From Deltaproteobacteria bacterium (GTDB taxonomy: Bacteria > Desulfobacterota > Desulfobacteria > Desulfobacterales > ETH-SRB1), in NCBI GenBank assembly GCA_030262895.1, contig JAJSZW010000003.1:3076-67075 (forward strand): a stretch of 64,000 bases of DNA. Reading direction: 5' to 3'. The notes under the pieces were generated by a model. That model did no database searches. It was not told the DNA's origin and saw only the letters and a program-made list of their open reading frames with translations. Shown here one piece after another: positions 44,935-54,962 of the stretch. The number at the start of each line of letters is the position of its first letter. The stretch's first letter is position 1. The position numbers and the translations under genes are program-made.

Positions 44935-45194
44935 TAGTCACAATCATCAAAAAAGTTGCTGATGAAATTTTTGATAGAGTCACTCGTTCAGGTATTCAAA
45001 AGGAAGTTGAGGGTGAAATTAGTTCTAAATTAAAAGAGCCCGGTCCTGAATATACCGAAGAAGAAAAAAATGAATTTGTTTTCAATACAATTGATGATAA
45101 AGATGAAAAAATTTCCGGCAGGCTTTTAATATCAGATGGCAGTGTATTGATCAAACAGCTCGAACAAGTGGTTAAAAAAGCAGTAAAAATGTGA
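44922..45194 (+). pseudogene. orphan 3' gene fragment (90 codons, no start codon)
   Basis: The frame is open from the stop at 44919 to the TGA at 45192 with no ATG/GTG/TTG near its beginning. It abuts the IS fragment. Family not recognised. Confidence 0.3.
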
Positions 45195-45209
45195 TCCTAA
45201 TAATTCCTA

Positions 45210-45989
45210 TCACCAGCTTTTTCGAACCTTTACACCACATGAATCCAGGTATGTCTTAATCTCTGAAACAGTATATGTGCCATAATGAACCATTGACGCA
45301 ATAAGCGCCGCATCGGCTTTTCCTTTAGTCAGAACTTCGCAAAGATGCTCGGGTTTTCCGGCACCCCCTGATGCGATTACAGGAATACTAACATTCTCTG
45401 AAATAAGAGAGGTCAGTTTCAGCTCATAGCCATCCTGAGTTCCATCTGCATCTATAGAATTTAAACAAATCTCTCCTGCGCCAAGTTTTTGTGCTTTAAC
45501 TGCCCATTTCAGCGCATCAATACCCATATACTTTCTTCCTCCATTGATTACTATTTCATAACCGGAAGGAATTTTTACACTTTCCCCAACATATTTTACA
45601 TCCATACCAAGAACTATACACTGGCTCCCAAAAATTTCGGCTCCTTGAGATATAATTTCAGGATTTTTAACTGCTGCTGAATTAACACTTACCTTTTCAG
45701 CCCCGGCCAAAAGTACATTTCTCATGTCATCTACGTCACGTATCCCTCCGCCGACTGAGAAAGGTATAAATATTGTCTCAGCCACACGTCTTACCACATC
45801 AATCATGATATTTCTTTTTTCGTGAGATGCAGTAATATCGTAAAAAACAAGCTCGTCTGCGCCGGCTTCATAGTAGAAAGAAGCCATTTCAACGGGATTT
45901 CCAATATCCACATTATTCTCAAAACGTATGCCTTTTGTTGTTTTTCCTTCACGAACGTCAAGGCATGGGATTATGCGCTTACTTAACAT
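45210..45989 (-). CDS. hisF: imidazole glycerol phosphate synthase, cyclase subunit
   Basis: [11 protein letters not shown]..., [10 protein letters not shown] and ASGGAG motifs. Confidence 0.92.
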   Translation of the reverse strand: MLSKRIIPCLDVREGKTTKGIRFENNVDIGNPVEMASFYYEAGADELVFYDITASHEKRNIMIDVVRRVAETIFIPFSVGGGIRDVDDMRNVLLAGAEKVSVNSAAVKNPEIISQGAEIFGSQCIVLGMDVKYVGESVKIPSGYEIVINGGRKYMGIDALKWAVKAQKLGAGEICLNSIDADGTQDGYELKLTSLISENVSIPVIASGGAGKPEHLCEVLTKGKADAALIASMVHYGTYTVSEIKTYLDSCGVKVRKSW

Positions 45990-46060
45990 ATTTTTTTCCT
46001 GCAGAATTATATAAGAATATAAAACAAAGCTATATAACCCAATAAAATCATACTATAGTC

Positions 46061-46100
46061 GTTAAGCTTATCAGCTAAGAGCTCGCCCGAAGGGCTCTAA
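46061..46100. repeat. Hairpin repeat, family C
   Basis: gttaagcttatcagctaagagctcgcccgaagggctctaa. It overlaps the hisH stop codon. Confidence 0.8.
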
Positions 46101-46726
46101 CTTGGATTCCACATGCAGAAATTTTTCAGCAAAGACAACCCGGGTCTCCCGCTTTTTTCAGGATGAAACTGGGTGGCAATTATGTTATTGAATCCAATAA
46201 CCGATGCAAAAGAAATTCCGTAATCTGTTGTACCCAGAATATGTTCTGAATGGTTCGGATTCGGATAGTATCCATGAACAAAGTAGAATTCATCATCCTC
46301 ATGCAAATTCGAAAGAACCGGATGTTTTTTAATGTTTTCCAAGCCGTTCCACCCCATGTGAGGAATTTTTAACCGGCTGCCATCTTTGGATTTAATATCC
46401 GGCGGAAATGCCTTAACAAATCCATCTATTATCTTAAGACAAGGTGTTTCATTTTCTTCGCTATATTCCATGATTATCTGAGTGCCGAGACATATGCCAA
46501 GTATTGGTTTGCCGTCAATAACCGCCTGTTTTATAACTAAATCCAGCCCAAGACGTTTCAAGCTATTCATAGCAGCGCCGGCGGCGCCGACTCCGGGGAA
46601 TATTATCCGCTCCGAACCAGCTATTGTTTTTACGTTATTTGTAACAATGCACTTAAAACCTAAATATGAAACAGCCCGTTCCACACTTGCAAGGTTGCCC
46701 GCATCATAGTCTATAATAGCAATCAT
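46097..46726 (-). CDS. hisH: imidazole glycerol phosphate synthase, glutaminase subunit
   Basis: MIAIIDYDAGNLASV, GICLGTQ and QFHPEKS motifs. Confidence 0.92.
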   Translation of the reverse strand: MIAIIDYDAGNLASVERAVSYLGFKCIVTNNVKTIAGSERIIFPGVGAAGAAMNSLKRLGLDLVIKQAVIDGKPILGICLGTQIIMEYSEENETPCLKIIDGFVKAFPPDIKSKDGSRLKIPHMGWNGLENIKKHPVLSNLHEDDEFYFVHGYYPNPNHSEHILGTTDYGISFASVIGFNNIIATQFHPEKSGRPGLSLLKNFCMWNPS

Positions 46727-46744
46727 ATTAATGGATACTCGCTT

Positions 46745-47539
46745 TTATTTAGTGGCTGAACCGCTACCTTTTCTTTTGGCTTCTTCCCATAATTCATTCA
46801 TTTCACCCTGAGAAACAGATTCTATTTTTCTCCCGCTTTTTAATATAACCTTCTCCATATATTTAAAACGAGTTTCAAATTTTTTAATGGAATCTGTCAG
46901 AGCATTTTCAGGATGAATGCGTGCAAATCTGGCTACATTTACAAGAGTAAATATAACATCTCCAATTTCTATTGCCAAGCTTTCTTGATTTTCACTTGAT
47001 TCATTTAATTCGGTCTTTAATTCAGAGCATTCTTCTTCAACTTTCTGCATAACATCTGAAATATTATCCCAGTCAAATCCCACCCTTGCTGCACGCTCTG
47101 AAATCCTGTAAGCACGCCTCAAAGCGGGAAGGCCCGAAGGGATAGAATCCAATATCGATTTATTTCCACTATGTGTTTTTTCATTCATCTTAATCCGGTG
47201 CCACTGTTTTCTTAAATCATCAGAGCGGCTGACCTTACTATCACCAAAAACATGAGGATGACGACGTATCATTTTTTCTTTATTTACAGAAGCAGCGTCT
47301 TCTATATTAAAAGAGCCCATCTCCTGGAACAGCTTGGCGATAAATAGAATATGAAACAAAACATCTCCCAGTTCTTCGCAGATATCATCGGTATTTCCTG
47401 ATTCAATTGCTTCTAAAAGCTCATATATCTCTTCTACAAGATAAACCGACATGGAACGGGGTGTCTGCTTTTTATCCCATGGGCATCCGTTTTCACCTCT
47501 TAACGTGTCAATAAGTTTATTTAAAGCATTTATTCCCAA
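46745..47539 (-). CDS. mazG: nucleoside triphosphate pyrophosphohydrolase MazG
   Basis: GCPWDKKQT and tandem EE..EL..A....E.GD.LF repeats. Confidence 0.9.
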   Translation of the reverse strand: MGINALNKLIDTLRGENGCPWDKKQTPRSMSVYLVEEIYELLEAIESGNTDDICEELGDVLFHILFIAKLFQEMGSFNIEDAASVNKEKMIRRHPHVFGDSKVSRSDDLRKQWHRIKMNEKTHSGNKSILDSIPSGLPALRRAYRISERAARVGFDWDNISDVMQKVEEECSELKTELNESSENQESLAIEIGDVIFTLVNVARFARIHPENALTDSIKKFETRFKYMEKVILKSGRKIESVSQGEMNELWEEAKRKGSGSATK

Positions 47540-47612
47540 ACTTATCCCTTACAACTTTTAATAAATAGATGAGTGCGAAACTTGGAATGGATTATATAAT
47601 TAGGGGGAATAG

Positions 47613-48137
47613 TTAGCTTTTCTTCCAGTCCTTTTTTAATTCCTCAATTTTAGATACAAATTGATGTTTCATATCTTTAGGAATTACTTTGGCCATCTTT
47701 TCAGAAATAAATGAAACATGGGGGGAAAGCATAGAGTCTTTGACTATCGGTGCCCCCTTTGGAAGGAAGGCGGTAAGAGCTATCAACAAAACAGAAGCGA
47801 TTAATGTTGCCTTAATTATCCCAAATCCAGCTCCGCAAATACGATCAATCCAGCCTAAAAAAGCAATATTTAGAATATACTTGATTACCACCCCAACAAT
47901 ACTGATAATAAAGAAAACTCCGCAAAAAATAATCAAAAAGCTAACTACATAAAGGTACGATTTATCTGAAATCCATCCTGATAACAGTGTTGCAAATTCC
48001 ATGTAATAGGTATAAGCTGCATAGAATCCTCCTAACACACCAATTATCGAAGATATTTCCTTGATAAAACCTCTAAAAAAACCCCTTATCAGGCAAAATC
48101 CAAAAATAATTACAATCAAAATATCAAACTGATTCAT
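47613..48137 (-). CDS. cvpA: CvpA-family membrane protein
   Basis: MNQFDILIVIIFGFCLIRGFFRGFIKE and 4 TM segments. Confidence 0.85.
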   Translation of the reverse strand: MNQFDILIVIIFGFCLIRGFFRGFIKEISSIIGVLGGFYAAYTYYMEFATLLSGWISDKSYLYVVSFLIIFCGVFFIISIVGVVIKYILNIAFLGWIDRICGAGFGIIKATLIASVLLIALTAFLPKGAPIVKDSMLSPHVSFISEKMAKVIPKDMKHQFVSKIEELKKDWKKS

Positions 48138-48378
48138 CGCGTCCCTTTAAAGTAAAATAGCAACAAAAAGACAACTATTTGTTTTAACACGTTTTTAAAT
48201 GCAAAAAATTGTTCAGCTTAGGTTAAATTAACAAAGCGCATTTTATGAGTCAAGGTGTTTTTATTTGAAGGCTTTAGTCATAAAATGCAGTTTGCATTAT
48301 CTAAAAAAGTTATGATAGGTTAAAAATATAAGTTTAGCTATTTATTGGAACGTTGGAGCTGAAATACAAAAACGCGAC

Positions 48379-49374
48379 ATGGATGAAATCTCAAGTAATA
48401 AGCAGGTAAAACTGACTTTTTCAGATATAGATCTGACAAAACAGCTTTTCGGCGAACATAACGGTAATCTTCAAAGAATAGCTGAAGCAATAGGCATAAC
48501 GATCCACGCAAGAGGAAGCACTGTTATTATTCAGGGCGACAGCATTGCAACAAACCTGGCCAAAAACATACTAAATCAGCTTTACGGCCTTTTAAAGGAA
48601 AAGCTTCCTGTTTATCCCAGCGATATTGATTATGCGGTAAGGGCTCTTTGTTCTGATGATAATATCAAGCTTAAAGATATCTTTCTGGATAAAGTGTTCA
48701 TTTCATCAAAAAAACGCTTTATTACACCCAAAAATCGTGCGCAAAAAGAATATATTGATGCTATCCGCAAGTATGATATGGTTTTTGGAATAGGGCCTGC
48801 GGGAACAGGCAAAACATATTTGGCTATGGCTATGGCTATGGCTGTTTCAGCTCTTTCAAAAAAACAGATAAACCGAATAATTCTCACGAGGCCGGCAGTT
48901 GAAGCTGGTGAGACTCTGGGGTTTTTGCCCGGTGACCTGGCGGAAAAGGTTGATCCGTATCTAAGACCTCTTTATGATGCGCTTCACGATATGATGCGCT
49001 TTGAAAGGGTTTCCAATCTTATACATCAAGGAATTATAGAAGTAGCACCCCTTGCTTTTATGCGTGGAAGAACCTTAAATGACGCCTTTATTATTTTAGA
49101 TGAGGCGCAAAATACAACGTCTGAACAGATGAAGATGTTCCTGACTCGAATAGGTTTTAACTCCAAGACCGTAATAACCGGCGATATCACCCAGACAGAC
49201 TTGCCGGTTAATAAACCTTCCGGACTCATAGAAACAAAAAATATTTTACAGGGAATAGATGGAATAAAGTTCGTTTTTTTCTCAAAAACAGATGTTGTTA
49301 GGCATAAATTAGTTCAGAAAATTATCAATGCGTATGAAGAGCTGGAAGCAAGTAAAAAAAATATTGATAGTTGA
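48379..49374 (+). CDS. phoH: PhoH-like ATPase (YbeZ)
   Basis: GIGPAGTGKTYLAMAMA Walker A and ILDEAQN. Conserved phoH-(7TM-HD)-ybeY order. Confidence 0.9.
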   Translation: MDEISSNKQVKLTFSDIDLTKQLFGEHNGNLQRIAEAIGITIHARGSTVIIQGDSIATNLAKNILNQLYGLLKEKLPVYPSDIDYAVRALCSDDNIKLKDIFLDKVFISSKKRFITPKNRAQKEYIDAIRKYDMVFGIGPAGTGKTYLAMAMAMAVSALSKKQINRIILTRPAVEAGETLGFLPGDLAEKVDPYLRPLYDALHDMMRFERVSNLIHQGIIEVAPLAFMRGRTLNDAFIILDEAQNTTSEQMKMFLTRIGFNSKTVITGDITQTDLPVNKPSGLIETKNILQGIDGIKFVFFSKTDVVRHKLVQKIINAYEELEASKKNIDS

Positions 49375-49390
49375 GAGTATATCTTTTATT

Positions 49391-49459
49391 GTAACTACTC
49401 AGGTTCAAGGTTAGAGGGCGATGAAGATTGAGTAGCCAACCGTAAACCTGAGTAGTTAC
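49391..49459. repeat. MITE-like element, family B (mini copy)
   Basis: gtaactactcaggtt..aacctgagtagttac. Confidence 0.8.
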
Positions 49460-49570
49460 GATGTGTTATGCGCAAAGCCTATAACTTCGAGACCTTTGAA
49501 AAAATGTTAAACTTTCAAAGCTCTCATTTCACTTCCGCATTATTTTATTCATAAACACAATAAATCCCAT

Positions 49571-51958
49571 ATGAATATAGAAAAAAAAAATAAAGCAATT
49601 AGAAATTTTTTTGCCTCAAGCAAATCTATTAGATGGTTCATTCTAATAGGTTTTACCATAATATTTACCATTATCCTTTATCCAACTCTTATAATAACAA
49701 AACATTCCTATAAGTTAGGAGATGTTGCTGAAAGAGATATTAAAGCACCAAAAGATTTTCTTATTGAAGATGAAGAAGCTACAGAGGAAAACCGTAAAAA
49801 GGCTGCTGAAGAGGTTTTAACTGTTTACGATAACGATGCGTCTCTTAGCGTAAAACTTAGCCGAAATGTAAAACAAGCTTTTGCTGAAATGGCCGATATT
49901 TTCGAAGAATACAAAGAAAATCAAGGCAATGTTTTATCAAATAAAGAGATAAAACCGTTATCATTAAATGAAAAACTCTGGCAGCTCAAAGAGAGCTTTG
50001 AGGAAAAAATCGGCATCACGGTAAGCGATGATGCATATAAAATTTTTATAGAAGAAAAGTTTTCAAGCAATATCGCCGATCTTATTTCCAGGATTCTAAC
50101 AGGGATAATAAATAATGGAGTTGTCATTAACAAAGATATTCTTCTTAAAGAATCAGATAAAGGAATAATATTAAGGGATGTTGAAACAAAGACTGAAAAA
50201 GTCGTTTATGATCTTAAGTCATTCTATGGTACTGACCAGGCAAAAACAATGGTAAGAGTTATTGGTCAGCCCCTGCTCAAAGACATGAACTACAATTTGG
50301 TCAACCTTATTGTAGATTTTGTCCAAAAGCTAATACAGCCGAATATAACTCTAAACACAAATGAAACCGAAGAACGCAAAAAAAGAGCTGCTGCAGAAAT
50401 CAAGCCGGTTCTTTACAAAATAAAAACAGGAGAAATGCTTCTTCGCGAAGGCGAAATAATAACCAAAGCTCAGCTTTTAAAGCTCGAAAATCTGCAGACC
50501 CAGACAAAAAAAGAACATATACTGGCAATTAGTATCGGTGCAGCTATGATAATGCTGTGCCTGCTTGTCTTAACTTACATCCTTCACATTAATCATAACA
50601 AACGATTTGCACGCAATCATAATAAAAATCTAATGGTTATGGCCTGTATGCTTATAATCATTTTATTGTTTGCAAGACTATTCGCACCATTATCCGAAGC
50701 ACTGACCCAAAATTCGACTTTTGGAATTTCGCCTTCAGCAATTATTTTCAGTATTCCAATTGCCTCTGGTGCCATGACCATATGTTTGTTGCTATGCCTC
50801 AATATAGCAATACCCTTTGCTATGGTGGCTGCTGTATGCGCAACAGTAATTTTTCAAAACAGATTTGAAATTTTTATCTATTTCCTGCTTAACAGCGCAA
50901 TGGCAGCTTACTGGATCCAAAATTGCAGGGAACGTAAAGTGTTTATTAAAACGGGCTTAAAGCTTGGATTGCTTAATGCAGTGCTTTCAACTGCAATCTC
51001 TTTTTATATTTCAGGCTTTTTAGGCTTCAAAATAATAGAGGTCTGGGCTTTTGCCTTTATGGGTGGTATCGTAGCCGGAATCGTTACAACAGGCATTGCC
51101 CCTCTTGTAGAAATAGTATTTGGCTATACAACAGATATTACGCTTCTTGAACTTGCAAATCTCGAAAGGCCGATTCTTCGCCGGCTAATGATAGAGGCTC
51201 CCGGCACCTATCACCATTCCGTTATTGTGGGTAACATGGTTGAAGCTGCTGCCGCTGAAATTGGTGCAAATCCATTACTTGCTAAAGCTTGCGGCTATTA
51301 TCACGATATCGGCAAGATAAAGAAACCTTTGTATTTTATCGAAAACCAGAAAAACGGCAAAAACAAACACCACAAACTCGCTCCTTCCATGTCAAAACAT
51401 ATATTAGTTGCTCATGTAAAAGAAGGTGTTGAGATGGCAAAACAAAATAAACTTGGTCAAGTAATAACCGACACTATAAGGCAACATCATGGTACAAGCC
51501 TAATCGTTTACTTTTATGAAAAAGCAAAGAAACAAAAAGGCGAAGATGCTGTAAACCTTGATGATTTCAGATACCCCGGCCCAAAACCTCAAACAAAGGA
51601 AGCTGGACTTGTCATGCTTGCAGATGTTGTTGAAGCTGCCTCAAGGACTTTAGATAATCCCACGCCATCAAGGATTCAGGGACTTGTGCAAAATCTTATA
51701 AACAAAATTTTTTCTGATGGGCAGATTGATAACTGCGAATTAACATTAAAGGATTTGCATAAAATAGCGAAAACTTTTAATAGAATATTAAGCGGAATAC
51801 ATCACCACCGCATAGATTATCCTGAAAAATCCTCTTCTATCAATGGAAAGGTTAAAGATGAAAGTCCTGATAGACAACAGGCAAAACAATTACAAAGTTT
51901 CTCCGGAAATGATACGGAAAAAGGCTCAAGCCATCTTAAACGCCTTGGACTGTCCTGA
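49571..51958 (+). CDS. 7TM-HD membrane phosphohydrolase (YqfF/PgpH family)
   Basis: Extracytoplasmic N-domain, 7 TM segments, and an HD domain (HHSVIVG...YHDIGK). Confidence 0.85.
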   Translation: MNIEKKNKAIRNFFASSKSIRWFILIGFTIIFTIILYPTLIITKHSYKLGDVAERDIKAPKDFLIEDEEATEENRKKAAEEVLTVYDNDASLSVKLSRNVKQAFAEMADIFEEYKENQGNVLSNKEIKPLSLNEKLWQLKESFEEKIGITVSDDAYKIFIEEKFSSNIADLISRILTGIINNGVVINKDILLKESDKGIILRDVETKTEKVVYDLKSFYGTDQAKTMVRVIGQPLLKDMNYNLVNLIVDFVQKLIQPNITLNTNETEERKKRAAAEIKPVLYKIKTGEMLLREGEIITKAQLLKLENLQTQTKKEHILAISIGAAMIMLCLLVLTYILHINHNKRFARNHNKNLMVMACMLIIILLFARLFAPLSEALTQNSTFGISPSAIIFSIPIASGAMTICLLLCLNIAIPFAMVAAVCATVIFQNRFEIFIYFLLNSAMAAYWIQNCRERKVFIKTGLKLGLLNAVLSTAISFYISGFLGFKIIEVWAFAFMGGIVAGIVTTGIAPLVEIVFGYTTDITLLELANLERPILRRLMIEAPGTYHHSVIVGNMVEAAAAEIGANPLLAKACGYYHDIGKIKKPLYFIENQKNGKNKHHKLAPSMSKHILVAHVKEGVEMAKQNKLGQVITDTIRQHHGTSLIVYFYEKAKKQKGEDAVNLDDFRYPGPKPQTKEAGLVMLADVVEAASRTLDNPTPSRIQGLVQNLINKIFSDGQIDNCELTLKDLHKIAKTFNRILSGIHHHRIDYPEKSSSINGKVKDESPDRQQAKQLQSFSGNDTEKGSSHLKRLGLS

Positions 51959-52298
51959 TGGAGAACTTTCTATCCTGGTCGTTAATGATTCCCTGATAGA
52001 GGCTCTAAACAAACAATATTTCAATCGATATGGCCCTACTAATGTTATAGCCTTCCCCATGCGGGAGGGCAAATTTACAAACATCTCGCCTCAATTGCTG
52101 GGCGATGTGGTTATATCTGTTGAAACCGCTTATCAAGAAGGAGTAAATGCGGGAATCAGTATGGAAGAGCGTTTTATACAGCTTTTGATTCACGGAGTTC
52201 TTCACCTGTTTGGCTATGATCATGAAACAACGGAGCAAGAAGCTCTTAAGATGGAAAAAAAAAGTGAAGAACTTATAAAGTTGATAGAAAAAATATAA
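51858..52298 (+). CDS. ybeY: rRNA maturation endoribonuclease YbeY
   Basis: HGVLHLFGYDH zinc motif. Start at MKVLIDN.., which overlaps the upstream gene by 101 nt. Confidence 0.88.
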   Translation: MKVLIDNRQNNYKVSPEMIRKKAQAILNALDCPDGELSILVVNDSLIEALNKQYFNRYGPTNVIAFPMREGKFTNISPQLLGDVVISVETAYQEGVNAGISMEERFIQLLIHGVLHLFGYDHETTEQEALKMEKKSEELIKLIEKI

Positions 52299-52412
52299 TA
52301 GTAGGGGCGATCCTTGTGATCGCCCTAATCAGGACGGTCTTTGTATTCGCCCTAATCAGGACGGTCTTTGTATTCGCCCTAATCAGGGCGATCACAAGGA
52401 TCGCCCCTACTA
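52299..52412. repeat. Composite palindrome: 27-bp perfect inverted termini enclosing two tandem 27-bp units
   Basis: tagtaggggcgatccttgtgatcgccc ... gggcgatcacaaggatcgcccctacta with taatcaggacggtctttgtattcgccc x2 inside. Confidence 0.9.
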
Positions 52413-52437
52413 ATTTCATAATATGGAGGGTTTAATA

Positions 52438-53157
52438 ATGGCAGGATTAGCTGTAAATGTTGATCACGTTGCTACTTTAAGAGAAGCCAGAAAAGTCAGC
52501 TACCCGGAACCTGTGGCGGCGGCTGTGCTGGCTGAACTGGCAGGAGCTGATGGAATTGTTGTTCATTTGAGGAAAGACAGGCGCCACATACAGGACAGGG
52601 ATGTCAGGATTTTGCGAAAAGTTGTTCAGACCAAACTCATCCTGGAAATGGCTTCAACTTCTGAAATGGTTGGAATAGCTCTTGATATAAAGCCTGATCT
52701 TGTAACACTCGTACCTGAAAAGAAGGAAGAGCTTACAACCGAAGGCGGACTGGATCTCTTTGTCCACAAAAACTCAGTTGCCGAAACGGTTGGCATGCTA
52801 CAGAACAATGGTATTCCTGTAAGTATTTTTATAGATCCGGAACCTGAACAAATCAAAGTCGCACATAAGATAAATGCCTCAACTGTTGAAATTCATACAG
52901 GAACTTTTTGTGACGCAACAACCCCCAAAAAAAGGGATCAAGCTTTTGACAAAATTGTTGATGCAGTTAAGCTGGCCTATAAACTTAAACTTAAAATAAA
53001 TGCCGGTCACGGGATATGTTACAATACCATAAAGGCTTTCAAGGGTCTGTATGAAATTGATGAATTCAGTATAGGCCACAGCATAGTCTCAAGAGCCGTG
53101 CTTGTTGGAATGGAAAGAGCTGTCAAAGAAATGTCGGCGCTAATTAAAGAACTTTGA
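52438..53157 (+). CDS. pdxJ: pyridoxine 5'-phosphate synthase
   Basis: LAVNVDHVATLREAR signature and EIHTG motif. Confidence 0.9.
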   Translation: MAGLAVNVDHVATLREARKVSYPEPVAAAVLAELAGADGIVVHLRKDRRHIQDRDVRILRKVVQTKLILEMASTSEMVGIALDIKPDLVTLVPEKKEELTTEGGLDLFVHKNSVAETVGMLQNNGIPVSIFIDPEPEQIKVAHKINASTVEIHTGTFCDATTPKKRDQAFDKIVDAVKLAYKLKLKINAGHGICYNTIKAFKGLYEIDEFSIGHSIVSRAVLVGMERAVKEMSALIKEL

Positions 53158-53158
53158 A

Positions 53159-53328
53159 TTACTCAGGTTAATAGGCTGAAGGTGGAAGGCTGAAGGTAGA
53201 AGGCTGAGGGAAATAGATGAATCTCTATGTTTAGGACAAAATTTCTATTCGCTTCAATAAAATATTGGCTTCCGGGAGTCTTTTCCCTAAAAGCCTTCAG
53301 CCTTCCACCTTCAGCCTAAAACCTGAGT
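53159..53328. repeat. MITE-like element, family B
   Basis: ttactcaggtt..aggctgaagg repeats .. aacctgagt. The internal part is the inverted homologue of 37790-37880. Confidence 0.85.
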
Positions 53329-53338
53329 TTTTATACCT

Positions 53339-54898
53339 ATGGAGTACAACATGTACCTTGTAACTGCTGGTGAAATGCAGGAAATGGATAGACAGACCAT
53401 TGAATCATATGGTCTTCCCGGCAGAGTTCTTATGGAAAATGCCGGCCTGGGTGCAACACGAATACTATTAAGACAATTTAAAGGACTTATTAACAAAAAG
53501 GTCGGCATTGTAGCCGGACGCGGGAATAACGGCGGAGACGGTTTTGTAATGGCCCGATACCTTTCTCAAAAAGGCGTAAGTGTGACCGTATATCTCCTTG
53601 CCCAAAAAACTGTGGCTAAAGGTGATGCTGCTGAAAACTTAAACATTTTAGCCCCGCTCGACATTCCCGTAATAGAAATGCCGGATCAAAAATCTTTTTC
53701 AAAGCACAAAACTTCTATGCTTCATCAGGACATATGGATTGATGCCATATTAGGGACCGGACTAAAATCGGATGTCAAAGGATATTTCCGAAAAATTATC
53801 GAGTTTATTAACAGCTCAGAGAAACCTGTTTTTGCAGTAGATATACCATCCGGGCTTAATGCAGACACAGGGCAGCCTTGTGGTACCTGTATTCAGGCAC
53901 ATACAACAGCGACCTTTGCATTTGCCAAAACAGGTCATTTAATCTTTCCAGGAGCAACTTATACCGGAAATCTCGAAATAGTAGATATTGGTATACCTAA
54001 CTATATTGTTGAAAGTGTGGGGCCCAGACAATTCCTTCTTACATCTGAGCTGGTCAGGGCTGCGCTGCAAAAAAGATCACCTGAAGCCCATAAAGGCAAT
54101 GCAGGCCATCTCTTAATTATTGCAGGTTCGACCGGCAAAACCGGTGCGGCAGCCATGACGGCAATATCGGCAATGCGTTCAGGCGCAGGGCTTGTAACTC
54201 TCGGAATACCAAAAAGTTTAAACCCTGTTTTAGAGAGCCAGGTTCTTGAGGTAATGACGAGCCCTCTTCCGGAAGCCGAAGGCGGCATACTTGATGAATC
54301 GGCATTTGACGAAATTATGGATCTGATTGCCGGCAAAAAGTGCCTTGCTATTGGGCCGGGACTTGGAACTGCTTCCAACACTAAAAATCTTGTTATTCGG
54401 ATTATTCAGGAATGCAGTCTGCCGATTATAATTGATGCGGACGGTTTAAATAACCTTATTGATAACATCAATATACTAAAAAACTTGAAGCACCCGGTTA
54501 TATTGACCCCGCATCCTGGAGAAATGTCAAGATTAATAGGCAGGCCTGTAAGCTTTATTCAGAATGATCGGATAAATTGCGCCAGGAATTTTGCAAAAAA
54601 ATTTAAAGTTCATGTTGTTCTTAAAGGAGCAAGAACTGTAATTGCCCACCCTGATGGAAAAGTCTTAATCAACCCCACCGGCAATCCGGGAATGGCTTCC
54701 GGCGGCATGGGGGATGTGCTAACCGGAATTATTGCAGGCTTTGTTGCACAGGGTTATTCTCCTGAATCAGCCACTCATGCGGGCGTCTATTTACACGGAG
54801 CTGCCGCTGATACGCTGCAAAAAAATATGGCTCCCTTTGGTTTTCTGGCAACGGAAGTTATGAACGCCATACCAGGGCAGATACAACATTTAATGTAA
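53339..54898 (+). CDS. nnr: bifunctional NAD(P)H-hydrate epimerase/dehydratase
   Basis: GRGNNGGDGFV (YjeF_N) and a C-terminal carbohydrate-kinase-like GPGLG/GGMGDVLTG. Confidence 0.9.
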   Translation: MEYNMYLVTAGEMQEMDRQTIESYGLPGRVLMENAGLGATRILLRQFKGLINKKVGIVAGRGNNGGDGFVMARYLSQKGVSVTVYLLAQKTVAKGDAAENLNILAPLDIPVIEMPDQKSFSKHKTSMLHQDIWIDAILGTGLKSDVKGYFRKIIEFINSSEKPVFAVDIPSGLNADTGQPCGTCIQAHTTATFAFAKTGHLIFPGATYTGNLEIVDIGIPNYIVESVGPRQFLLTSELVRAALQKRSPEAHKGNAGHLLIIAGSTGKTGAAAMTAISAMRSGAGLVTLGIPKSLNPVLESQVLEVMTSPLPEAEGGILDESAFDEIMDLIAGKKCLAIGPGLGTASNTKNLVIRIIQECSLPIIIDADGLNNLIDNINILKNLKHPVILTPHPGEMSRLIGRPVSFIQNDRINCARNFAKKFKVHVVLKGARTVIAHPDGKVLINPTGNPGMASGGMGDVLTGIIAGFVAQGYSPESATHAGVYLHGAAADTLQKNMAPFGFLATEVMNAIPGQIQHLM

Positions 54899-54962
54899 CA
54901 GATCAGCCACTAAGGCACTAAGGCACAAAGAAGGGAGTGGCTAAAGTATTACCATTTTATTA

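Noticed and set aside
52320-52385. Tandem 27-bp units as a possible mini-CRISPR
   Set aside because: There are only two directly adjacent copies with no spacers, enclosed by perfect inverted termini, and no cas genes. It is a REP-like composite palindrome.
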